Positions 26,011-34,047 of a stretch of 64,000 nucleotides of DNA are shown piece after piece. The translations under genes were made by a program, and so were the position numbers. The notes under the pieces were generated by a model. The model did no database searches, was not told where the DNA came from, and worked only from the letters and a program-made list of their open reading frames with translations. Source of the stretch: an uncultured Bifidobacteriaceae bacterium (lineage in GTDB: Bacteria; Verrucomicrobiota; Verrucomicrobiia; Limisphaerales; UBA11358); NCBI GenBank assembly GCA_964449815.1, contig CAYVGC010000005.1:1275-65274 (forward strand). The letters are read 5' to 3'. The stretch's first letter is position 1. Each line of letters starts with the position of its first letter.

Positions 26011-28146
26011 ATGAAAATTTCAACCATCTTGGAAAAAATTGATGAAAATCAATTGTTCATTCCTGCTTTTCAGAGGGAATACGTTTGGAAGCGCGACGAC
26101 GCCAAGCAGTTGATTGATTCACTTATCAAGGAATATCCCACAGGCACGATGTTGACTTGGGAAACAGCGAATCCCCCCGAACTGAAAGGGCCTCACAAAT
26201 ACAATCCAAAACAAGGCGCAGTGCGTTTGCTTTTGGACGGCCAGCAGCGGGTGACGACACTTTACATGCTTATCTGCGGGGAAATTCCGCCATACTACAC
26301 CGCGCCGGAAATCATGAATGATACGCGGGGGCTTTATGTGAACTTGGAAACTCTTGAGCTTTCCTACTACATGAAAACCGTGATGGAACTAAATCCGCTT
26401 TGGCAAAACATCACAGATGTTTTTCAGGGAAAAATAAGCGCCTTTGATCTGCAAACGAAGTTTGCAGAAGTTCAGAAAACCATTGAAATGGCTGAGTTGA
26501 AGAAACTCAATGACAACATAAATGCAATCACCCGGATTAAGGAGCGGGAATTCCCGGAACAAACCATTCCTGTCAAAGCCAGCATCCGCGAGGCAATTGA
26601 TATTTTTTACAAGGTAAACGCAAGCGGTGTCGCGCTCACAGAAGCGGAACTCGCACTTGCGCAAATATCAGGTTATTGGCCGCAAGCACGGGACATTTTC
26701 AAGAAAAAGCTGGCGGCATTGGAGGAAGAAGGATTTGTATACAAGCTGGACTTCATTGTTTATGTGCTTCTCGGTTGCCTTTACCACATGGGTTCCGATA
26801 TGCGGAAACTTCATGGCGACGAAAACAACGAAAAAATCCGCGCTGCGTGGGATAGATTAGACAAGCAGGTTCTCGATTACGTCATGAACCTCATGCGCGC
26901 TAACGCATTTGTTGACCACACAGACGAAATCAACTCGCCCTATGCGCTAGTCCCTATTATTGCCTATTGCTACGACAAAAACGGAGCGCACTTGACCGAT
27001 GTGGAAATTCGCAAAATGGTGAAGTGGTTTTATTATTCACAAATCAAAACGCGATACGTCAGCCAGCTTCCCCAAAAACTTGACCGGGATTTGCGTATCG
27101 TGGCCGAATCACCGCAGCCATTCGATGAATTGCTTCGGGTTATTTCGGAAGAAAACAGGCTGGAAATCATGCCCCTTGATTTTGACGGACGCGCAATCCA
27201 GCACCCGCTGTTCAGTATGGTGCGGTGGTATTTGAAAAGCCGTGGTGCTGTGTGCTTCACGACGGGGATGAGTTTGAGAAAAAACATGGGAAAATTGTAT
27301 CAGTTGGAAAACGATCACATTTTCCCTTACTCAAAACTTCGAGACGCAGGATATGGCAAAGAAAACCGAGTCAAATATGCTTTAGCGCAGGAATTGACCA
27401 ATCGGGCAATCCTTACGCAAGTGGCAAACCGGACAAAATCGGACACCAACGCCGAGGATTATTTAGTGTCAGTGAAAGCCAAATTCCCAAAAGCACTCGA
27501 CCTGCAATGTATTCCCGAAGACACCGCTTTGTGGAAAATTGAAAACTACGAAAAATTCCTCGAAGAAAGGCGGAAGGTTCTGGCGAAACAGCTTAACAGC
27601 TACCTCGCCAACATAACAGCCACCGAAGAATCCGTTGCCCCCGTTTCGTTGGAGGACATGATTGCCGAAGGCGAAAGCGACGAATTGGAATTCAAATCCA
27701 CCCTGCGCTGGGACATTCAATCAAATGCTGTAAATAAAAAACTGGAAGAAGTAATTGTCAAAACCGTTGCGGCATTTGCAAACACACAAGGGGGAACACT
27801 TCTAATAGGTGTGAACGACAAGGGGCAAGTCCTGGGACTTGAACAGGATTATTTGTCCCTCGACGGCGGCGACGGAGATAAATTTGAACTGCACCTCCGC
27901 AATTTGCTCAGTCAGCAAATTGGCGCGGCCTTTGTAACAAGCAAGGTCGAAATTAAATTCCACCAAGTCGAGGAAAAGGACGTTTGCCAAGTTGAAGTTT
28001 CACCAGCAAAAGAGCCATTGATCCTAACGGTAAAGGACAAGAATGGTCAGCCCAGTGAGAAATTCTATGTCCGAAACGGCAATCAGTCGCAAGACCTTCA
28101 GCCGAGCGAAATGAATGCTTACGTTAAGGAGCGGTTCCATTCGTAG
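26011..28146 (+). CDS. GmrSD-type nuclease (DUF262 + DUF1524) fused to a C-terminal AlbA_2/Schlafen-like domain
   Basis: DUF262: FQREYVW and LLLDGQQRVTTLYML (the DGQQR ParB-like motif). DUF1524 His-Me finger: ENDHIFPYS ... LTNRAILTQVANRTKSD. C-terminus ESDELEFKSTLRWD ... VAAFANTQGGTLLIGVNDKGQVLGL matches the AlbA_2 pattern. Confidence 0.75.
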   Translation: MKISTILEKIDENQLFIPAFQREYVWKRDDAKQLIDSLIKEYPTGTMLTWETANPPELKGPHKYNPKQGAVRLLLDGQQRVTTLYMLICGEIPPYYTAPEIMNDTRGLYVNLETLELSYYMKTVMELNPLWQNITDVFQGKISAFDLQTKFAEVQKTIEMAELKKLNDNINAITRIKEREFPEQTIPVKASIREAIDIFYKVNASGVALTEAELALAQISGYWPQARDIFKKKLAALEEEGFVYKLDFIVYVLLGCLYHMGSDMRKLHGDENNEKIRAAWDRLDKQVLDYVMNLMRANAFVDHTDEINSPYALVPIIAYCYDKNGAHLTDVEIRKMVKWFYYSQIKTRYVSQLPQKLDRDLRIVAESPQPFDELLRVISEENRLEIMPLDFDGRAIQHPLFSMVRWYLKSRGAVCFTTGMSLRKNMGKLYQLENDHIFPYSKLRDAGYGKENRVKYALAQELTNRAILTQVANRTKSDTNAEDYLVSVKAKFPKALDLQCIPEDTALWKIENYEKFLEERRKVLAKQLNSYLANITATEESVAPVSLEDMIAEGESDELEFKSTLRWDIQSNAVNKKLEEVIVKTVAAFANTQGGTLLIGVNDKGQVLGLEQDYLSLDGGDGDKFELHLRNLLSQQIGAAFVTSKVEIKFHQVEEKDVCQVEVSPAKEPLILTVKDKNGQPSEKFYVRNGNQSQDLQPSEMNAYVKERFHS

Positions 28147-28470
28147 GATTTAGACCTTAAAACTCACTGTTGATTGAACGGCTATTTGTCCCGATTTCTA
28201 CTGCTTGTGGTTTTAGAATTCTTTTGCTACTACGGAATCAAGAAAAGCCGCATTTTTTACACAGTCACTTACACATACACAGTTTGCACCAGAAAAACTC
28301 ATTTTAATTCAAGGTGGTTGCGCTAGACCTAAAAGGACTTAAAAGCAAATCGTAGAAATCTAAAAAGCGCCTAAAACCCTAGTAAAACCGCCGTTTTTTC
28401 GTTGCCCGAACCGTTAAAATGTGTTACACATTACTTACACACTTTTGGTGGCTTTTTTAGGGGGGAAATC

Positions 28471-29679
28471 ATGCCAGAGCATCACCGTTTGATGGACGGA
28501 AAGCTTCATCTATACCGCCGCGAAAATAGCAGCTATTGGCAGTGTTCCACCTATCTCAATGAGAAGAACTGGCGCATATCCACAAAGGAGGACAGTCTTG
28601 CCTTGGCGAAAGATATAGCCTTGGACTGGTATCTCGGCTTGCGCGGCAAAAGTCGCAATGGCGATTTGAAAACCGGCAAAACCTTCAAAGATGCAGCCGT
28701 AAAATTCGTCGCCGAATATGCCATACTCACAGCCGGAGAACGCAACGCGCAATACGTGAAGGGACTCGGCGAAAAAATTAAACTTCATCTGATACCGTTT
28801 TTTGGCGACAAAGTTTTGTCCGAAATCACCCCCGGCCTGGTGCAGGAGTATCGCATCCACCGCGCAACATCGCGGATAAATCCAAAGACTGGTCAACCAA
28901 AACGACCGACACGCAGCACACTTCACAAAGAGATCGTGACGTTGCGGCACGTTTTGAAAACGGCCAACCGTCACGGATGGTTGCCCTACTTACCCGACCT
29001 CTCCGCACCCTACAAAACTTCGGGAAAGGTTACACATCGCGCTTGGTTTTCCCCGGAAGAATACAAGCGGCTTTACGACGCCACGCGCGAACGTGCGAAA
29101 CATCCCAAAAAATTACGCTGGAAAACGCAGTGTGAAAACTTCCATGACTACATCCTGTTCATGGCAAACACCGGGTTAAGGCCGGATGAAGCCATCCGCC
29201 TCGAATTTCGAGACGTTGCCATCGTCACCGATGAAGCAACGGGCGAACGCATCCTCGAAATCGAGGTTCGGGGAAAACGCGGTGTCGGCTACTGCAAAAG
29301 TATGCCCGGCGCTGTCCTACCCTTTGAGCGTTTGAAGAAACGCAAGCGGCCAGCGACGACTGACAGAGTTTTCGGAAAAACACAACATGAGCTGCTAAAC
29401 GCAATTCTCAAAGAATTGAATTTGAAATTTGATCGCGACGGCAACCGGCGCACCGCATACAGTTTGCGTCACACCTACATTTGTATGCGCCTCATGGAAG
29501 GAGCGGACATTTACCAAGTCGCAAAAAACTGCCGCACTAGCGTTGAAATGATCGAAAAATACTACGCTTCACATATTAAAAACACGCTGGACGCAGCGGC
29601 AATCAACGTGCGGAAGCCGAAACCGCCCAAGAAAAAACGCGCCACGCCCCGAAAAGACGAAAAAGACCCAGCAAATTGA
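28471..29679 (+). CDS. Tyrosine-type site-specific integrase (integrase 2)
   Basis: ATG 28471 is preceded by AGGGGGGAAA. Motifs: ANTGLRPDEA (Arg I), VRGKRG (Lys), YSLRHTYICMRL (box II Arg-His), VEMIEKYYASH (Tyr). It ends 53 bp before the tRNA-Leu gene. Confidence 0.85.
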   Translation: MPEHHRLMDGKLHLYRRENSSYWQCSTYLNEKNWRISTKEDSLALAKDIALDWYLGLRGKSRNGDLKTGKTFKDAAVKFVAEYAILTAGERNAQYVKGLGEKIKLHLIPFFGDKVLSEITPGLVQEYRIHRATSRINPKTGQPKRPTRSTLHKEIVTLRHVLKTANRHGWLPYLPDLSAPYKTSGKVTHRAWFSPEEYKRLYDATRERAKHPKKLRWKTQCENFHDYILFMANTGLRPDEAIRLEFRDVAIVTDEATGERILEIEVRGKRGVGYCKSMPGAVLPFERLKKRKRPATTDRVFGKTQHELLNAILKELNLKFDRDGNRRTAYSLRHTYICMRLMEGADIYQVAKNCRTSVEMIEKYYASHIKNTLDAAAINVRKPKPPKKKRATPRKDEKDPAN

Positions 29680-29689
29680 ACCTTTTCCC

Positions 29690-29718
29690 TTGGCTATCAG
29701 CAATTCAGATACTATAGC
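29690..29718 (+). promoter_or_regulatory. Candidate sigma-70-like promoter of tRNA-Leu
   Basis: TTGGCT (29690-29695), a 17-nt spacer, then TATAGC (29713-29718). The tRNA 5' end is 13 nt downstream. Pattern match only. Confidence 0.35.
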
Positions 29719-29731
29719 TGAAAATGGCTTT

Positions 29732-30024
29732 GCGGGCGTGGCGGAATTGGTAGACGCAACGGACTTAGGCCAAATTCTTGAGTGCTCTTGTGGGAAACCC
29801 AGGATGCAGAACTGCTCAAATTCGGGGAAACCTTTAACATGGCAATCCCGAACCAAGCCCGCGAGGGAAGGTGTAGAGACTAGACGGGCAGCACCTAAAG
29901 CATTTGCCAAGGTGAAGGGATAGTCCAGACCACAAACGCCGCAAGGCGGCGGCGAAAGCCGTAGTTGGTAAGAAAATCCGTCGGGCGCAAGCCCTTGGGG
30001 GTTCGATTCCCCCCGCCCGCACCA
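29732..30024 (+). tRNA. tRNA-Leu(UAA) interrupted by a group I intron in the anticodon loop
   Basis: Exon 1 (29732-29766): GCGGGCGTGGCGGAATTGGTAGACGCAACGGACTT. Exon 2 (29973-30024): AAAATCCGTCGGGCGCAAGCCCTTGGGGGTTCGATTCCCCCCGCCCGCACCA. When joined they give a 7-bp acceptor stem (GCGGGCG/CGCCCGC), a D arm, an ACGGA/TCCGT anticodon stem with loop CUUAAAA (anticodon UAA), a long variable arm, a GGGGG-TTCGATT-CCCCC T arm, and an encoded CCA. Confidence 0.85.
29767..29972 (+). ncRNA. Group I intron (IC3-like, tRNA anticodon-loop type), 206 nt
   Basis: Inserted between U34 and A35, as in cyanobacterial and plastid tRNA-Leu(UAA). Conserved cores CAAATTCGGGGAAACC (29817-29832) and GGAAGGTGTAGAGACTAGACGGG (29866-29888) are near-identical, from memory, to the Azoarcus and Anabaena pre-tRNA introns. 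GAGT at 29780-29783 can pair with exon ACTT, giving the U.G pair at the 5' splice site. The terminal G is at 29972. There is a GCGAAAGC tetraloop hairpin near the 3' end. Confidence 0.8.
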
Positions 30025-30032
30025 ACCACCGC

Positions 30033-30128
30033 CTAACGACGGCGGCGGCACGCTATGGCGAAGGTTGTCAGCGCGGCAACAAGCCGGGCGAGAGCGTCAA
30101 TCAGCAATGTGAAATCAATGTTGGTCAT
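30033..30128 (-). CDS. 31-aa hydrophobic peptide with poly-Arg tail (candidate small membrane toxin / type I toxin-like)
   Basis: ATG at 30128 is preceded at 7 nt by GAGGAG. It reads MTNIDFTLLIDALARLVAALTTFAIACRRRR. The longer ORF 30033..30248 adds a non-protein-like N-terminus. Confidence 0.35.
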   Translation of the reverse strand: MTNIDFTLLIDALARLVAALTTFAIACRRRR

Positions 30129-30402
30129 GGTTTTTCTCCTCAATTTGTCCGCCTTAATTGGCGTGACGTGAGCGAGGCCAAAAGCCAGTTTCAGAAGCAC
30201 AACGGGAAAGGCCGCGCAGCGCCGAGGACGCGGGATGAAGCTGCACAAGCGCAGCGCGGAAGCGAACCGCCTTGGACGTTATGCGTAACCGGCTATAGAT
30301 AGTTCACAGCCACGCCAAAGGCGGCAGGCGAGGAAAAACTGACAATTACAGATGGGAGACACGAAGATTAGCGAGAACCGGCTTATAGGCCCAGGAAGCC
30401 CG

Positions 30403-30434
30403 AAAAAACGCCCGCCCAGCGGTGGAGCGGGCAG
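30403..30434 (-). terminator. Rho-independent terminator ending the relaxase operon
   Basis: On the reverse strand: CCTGCCCGC-TCCACCGCT-GGGCGGGCG followed by TTTTTT, 48 bp downstream of the 30482 stop. Confidence 0.65.
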
Positions 30435-30481
30435 GCTTGGTGAAAGGGAGGCGGAATTTTCCTACCCCGTCAGAATCGGCT

Positions 30482-30940
30482 CTAATGCAGATTTAGCCCC
30501 GGCTTGGCCTTGATGTTGTTTTCGGTTTCCTCGACTTCTGGCCCATTTTCCTTGACGATCACTTCAATGGATTCAATCAGCGGGGCTTTGCTGTCTTTCG
30601 GCTTGGGCCATCTTTCCGCGTCAAATTCCTGTATGAAATCCGCCGTGCCTAATTCCAACGCCATCACGATTGGCGATAAATTTGTCCCACGCACCTTCAC
30701 AATCAGGAACGTATAAAGCAGCACCAGATGCGTGACGTTTGGGCCGCTATAAACCACGTCCAGCAGGTAGTGATAACCCGGCGACCGTGTCGGATCATCT
30801 TCGCTGGCCCGCCGAATTTTCAGGCGAGCAACCCGGTCTTTGGCGTCAAACGCCACATACCCATCCGGGCCTTTGGGCGGGGGCGGTTGCGCCCCCACGC
30901 CATCCGGCTTTTTCCGGTATTGTGCCAGCGGGTCATTCAT
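30482..30940 (-). CDS. Hypothetical protein (relaxase operon)
   Basis: 152-aa ORF whose start overlaps the stop of the preceding small ORF (ATGA). No family recognised. Confidence 0.5.
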   Translation of the reverse strand: MNDPLAQYRKKPDGVGAQPPPPKGPDGYVAFDAKDRVARLKIRRASEDDPTRSPGYHYLLDVVYSGPNVTHLVLLYTFLIVKVRGTNLSPIVMALELGTADFIQEFDAERWPKPKDSKAPLIESIEVIVKENGPEVEETENNIKAKPGLNLH

Positions 30941-31128
30941 ACTTCCCTCCCAATCGCATCCCGCCGCACCTGTCGCGGACGCGGCGGCGCTTGCCTGTCC
31001 ATTTGGCGAATGTGGGCGGCATACAGGGCGATGCCGCCTGTCAGCTTAATCATACCCACATGGGCGACCGTTTCCGCACAGGTGAAGGCGTTCACGGCCT
31101 GCTTTTTGATTTCGTCGGTTGGTTTCAT
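30937..31128 (-). CDS. Small hypothetical protein (relaxase operon)
   Basis: ATG 31128 lies 5 nt after the relaxase stop and reads MKPTDEIKKQAVNAFTCAETVAHVGMIKLTGG... (63 aa). The longer ORF to 31266 overlaps the relaxase. Confidence 0.4.
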   Translation of the reverse strand: MKPTDEIKKQAVNAFTCAETVAHVGMIKLTGGIALYAAHIRQMDRQAPPRPRQVRRDAIGREV

Positions 31129-31132
31129 AAAA

Positions 31133-32035
31133 TCACATTTCAATTTCCGGCCCGTCCTTTTGACGGGTCTTGTCCACCAGCTTCCGCCAAGAGTCTTTAA
31201 CCACCGTCGCGGCTTGTTCCCGGATGCGGGACATGAAGGTGATGGATTTTTCCCACCATGTTCCACCCATCCCCACTTGCGCCACTTCGCCGCGCTTCAA
31301 TACGGCCCTCATCATGGCCTTAACTTCGTTCATCATTTTCACTTCCCGGACGGCCTTGAACCGCTCCGGGTCTTGCAGGATGCCCTTGCGCTTCATGGCC
31401 GTTGCTTCCTTGCCGATTTTCGGCTGCGGAATCTGGTCAATGCCCCGGTCTTTGAGCGACCGATGATCCACCCGTTCCGGGCGTCCGGCCTTTTCCAAGG
31501 CGGCATTGACGGCGTCAGCCCAGGACTGGCGTTGCCTGACCAGCAACCCCTTGTCATTCCATTCCCGTGGTTTCTTGGCGCTGAATTTTTCGCCGTCTAG
31601 CTTCCGCATGGTGCAGAGGATATGCACATGGGGATTCTTGCCAGCCTTATCATGATGGAGGGAGATTTCGGCAACCATGCCGGAAGCGACCAGCTCTTTT
31701 TTGGCCCAATCCAGCGCCGTCTGGAATTGGGCATCGGCGGGCAGTTCCTTGGGAACCGCCAGAATAAACTCGCGTGCAAGTTGTGCATCAACCCGCTTCT
31801 CGCCCGCCTCGACTTTGTTCCAAAGCGCCCCCGAATCATGCACCCATCCGGGCGCACCGTCGGGGGCTAAAATGTCCGAATGGATGACGCCCTTGGCTCG
31901 GCGGGCGTAGTCGAAAATTTTGTCACGAATCTCATCCTTGAGCTTCGTGCCTGCCCGATACGCGGCGGCGGCAATGACCGACCGCCCCCGCTTCTCGCGG
32001 CTGAAAATCTTCGCCTCTAGTCTAAATATCGCCAT
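31133..32035 (-). CDS. MobA/MobL (MOBQ-type) relaxase
   Basis: The N-terminus MAIFRLEAKIFSREKRGRSVIAAAAYRAG carries the catalytic Tyr region. ISLHHDKAGKNPHVHIL is the HxDxxxxNxHxH 3-His metal motif typical of MobA/MobL relaxases. Confidence 0.85.
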   Translation of the reverse strand: MAIFRLEAKIFSREKRGRSVIAAAAYRAGTKLKDEIRDKIFDYARRAKGVIHSDILAPDGAPGWVHDSGALWNKVEAGEKRVDAQLAREFILAVPKELPADAQFQTALDWAKKELVASGMVAEISLHHDKAGKNPHVHILCTMRKLDGEKFSAKKPREWNDKGLLVRQRQSWADAVNAALEKAGRPERVDHRSLKDRGIDQIPQPKIGKEATAMKRKGILQDPERFKAVREVKMMNEVKAMMRAVLKRGEVAQVGMGGTWWEKSITFMSRIREQAATVVKDSWRKLVDKTRQKDGPEIEM

Positions 32036-32564
32036 GCTCCTTACCAGTCGTCATGCAGGCTCTATTTAGAACAGTATATCAGAAATTAACGGCTCAGTCC
32101 CTCGGAGACTGGCTGTGAGAGCCAGTTTGCGCCGTTTCGATACAGGCAGAAAAATCTGCCCAGTTCGCCCATAATCAGACCGGCGCGGCTTGGCTGCGCC
32201 GCCCCTTCCGGTCAAACAAAAGCAAAAGGCAAAAACCCGGAATGGCGCGGTTATACATTGCTTCGCAACGTCACCGCGCAGGAGGCTCCAAAGCCGCCTC
32301 CTTGACCACGCTTTCACCGCCTCCGCTCTGACGCTCCGGCAGGGGCTTCCGCCCCTCGGCAGGCCACCCCGACACAAGGTGCGTTCCGCCCTTATGGAAC
32401 CCTGACCAAAGGCGTCACGCCCTTGGAACCGTGACCAACCGTGCGCCGGTTGGATGCCGCCAGAGCCTTGCCGCTCTGGACAGGGCAGCAGGGGCTTGCC
32501 CCTGACACCCGCTTTTCCCGTTTTGCCTTGCCGCGCAAACCGGGTCTTGCCTACCATTTTTAGA
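32036..32564. promoter_or_regulatory. Divergent intergenic region: candidate oriT and promoters
   Basis: Lies between the divergent relaxase and coupling-protein genes. Dense hairpins are present (GGAGGC...GCCTCC ~32281-32301, AGGGGC-TTCC-GCCCCT ~32340-32356, CCAGAGC...GCTCTGG ~32460-32481, CAGGGGC-TT-GCCCCTG ~32489-32505). A tandem direct repeat GCCCTT(A)TGGAACC(C/G)TGACCAA lies at 32388-32409 and 32419-32438, and each copy is preceded by AAGG(T)GCGT..CGCCCTT. Confidence 0.45.
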
Positions 32565-34046
32565 ATGTCCTATGGCAAGAAACAGTTGCCCGAATTCCAC
32601 CCGCAAACGGTGTTGCGGGATTGGGGCAATGGCGAAGGCTTCCGCCTTTCAGACGCCCTCACGGGCGTCTGTGTGTTCGGCGCAACCGGAAGTGGTAAAA
32701 CTTCCGGGCCAGCAAAGCACCTGGCCTACGGCTACCTAGCCGCCGGTTTCGGCGGGCTGGTGCTTTGTGCCAAGAAGGAGGAACGCCGCCAATGGGAACA
32801 ATGGGCGGCGGAAACCGAGCGGACGGACGACCTTGTCATCATAGATGCCAGCGGTCAAAACCGCTTCAATTTCATGGCATGGGAGGCCAGCCGCCCGGAG
32901 GCTGGCGGCGGCCTGACGATTAACATCGTCAATCTTCTGGACGAAATCGCTACGGCGATTTCCGGGGGCAGCGGGCAGACCGAAGGGGGCGGCGGATCAA
33001 ACAAGTTTTGGGAAGATGCCCTTCACCACATGAACACCAATCTGGTGGACTTGCCCTTGTTTGCCGAAATTCCCGTTTCACTTCCGCTGCTTGCCGACAT
33101 CGTCGCATCCGCTCCATTGAATCCAGAACAGGCCAGCAGTGATGAATGGAAGGAGCAAAGCGTGTGCGGCAAGATTTTGAGGGAAGCGGACGAGGCCACC
33201 AAAAAAGCCGACGCGGGAACCCGCGACGATTTCACACGATGCCAAAAATATTGGGAAGTGGAGTTTCCCAATTTGGCCGAAAAAACCCGCAGTATCATTA
33301 GCTTGACGTTTTCCATGCTGGCAAGGCCGCTTGTTACGCGGCCATTGCGGGAACTTTTTTCCGCCGACACCAACATCAAACCGGAGGACGCATTTGGGGG
33401 CAAGATCATCATCGTTGATTTGCCCGTCCAAGAATTTAGGCTCGTTGGCCGGATTGCCAACCTTGCTTGGAAATACTGCTTTCAAGTGGCCGTCTTGCGA
33501 CGGACACCACCGACCAAACCGGACGCCTATTTGCGGCCGGTTTTTTTATGGGCGGACGAAGCGCAAAATTTCGTCACGAATTTTGACGCCGAGTATCAGG
33601 CCACGGCAAGATCCGCTGGCGGATGCACCGTGTATCTGACGCAGAACCGCGAGAGCTACGGGCGAGTTTTGAAAAACATGAATGCGGTGGATTCCCTTTT
33701 GGGAAATTTGCAGTGCAAATTCTTTTGCCAGAACACCGGCTTAACAAACGATTGGGCATCGTTCATTTTGGGCCAACGCTGGGTCAAGACCACCAGCACC
33801 AGCGCCGGCCAGTCGCAGAATGACGCCACTCCCAAGAATCCCGACGAACAGCGCAGCCACAATTCCGGGGTGAACCGCAGCGAACAGAAAAAGCTCTTTG
33901 TCGAACCGGCGACCTTCACGACGTTGAAGCGCGGCGGGCCAGCTCATAATTTTCAGGTGGAGGCCATCGTCTATAATGGCGGCAATCTTTTTTATGACGG
34001 CAATCTTGCGTTGCCGTTCCGCCTGCTGACGTTCAACCAGCGATAA
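32565..34046 (+). CDS. Type IV coupling protein-like ATPase (TraG/TraD/VirD4 family)
   Basis: Walker A GATGSGKTS, Walker B-like VFLWADEAQNF and YLTQNRESY. ATG 32565 (MSYGKKQLPEF). No N-terminal TM segments seen. Confidence 0.7.
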   Translation: MSYGKKQLPEFHPQTVLRDWGNGEGFRLSDALTGVCVFGATGSGKTSGPAKHLAYGYLAAGFGGLVLCAKKEERRQWEQWAAETERTDDLVIIDASGQNRFNFMAWEASRPEAGGGLTINIVNLLDEIATAISGGSGQTEGGGGSNKFWEDALHHMNTNLVDLPLFAEIPVSLPLLADIVASAPLNPEQASSDEWKEQSVCGKILREADEATKKADAGTRDDFTRCQKYWEVEFPNLAEKTRSIISLTFSMLARPLVTRPLRELFSADTNIKPEDAFGGKIIIVDLPVQEFRLVGRIANLAWKYCFQVAVLRRTPPTKPDAYLRPVFLWADEAQNFVTNFDAEYQATARSAGGCTVYLTQNRESYGRVLKNMNAVDSLLGNLQCKFFCQNTGLTNDWASFILGQRWVKTTSTSAGQSQNDATPKNPDEQRSHNSGVNRSEQKKLFVEPATFTTLKRGGPAHNFQVEAIVYNGGNLFYDGNLALPFRLLTFNQR

Positions 34047-34047
34047 A

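Noticed and set aside
29732-30024. tmRNA (because of its length, the tRNA-like 3' end, and smpB elsewhere in the window)
   Set aside because: The 5' part is a complete tRNA-Leu acceptor/D/anticodon-stem half. The internal 206 nt carries group I intron core sequences rather than a tag ORF or pseudoknots.
32066-32557. 163-aa minus-strand ORF, and the N-terminal extension of ORF 32454..34046, in the relaxase/coupling-protein spacer
   Set aside because: The sequence is Arg/Gly-rich and not protein-like, and it lies over hairpin-dense DNA. The coupling protein has a clean ATG at 32565. The region is interpreted as oriT/promoter DNA.
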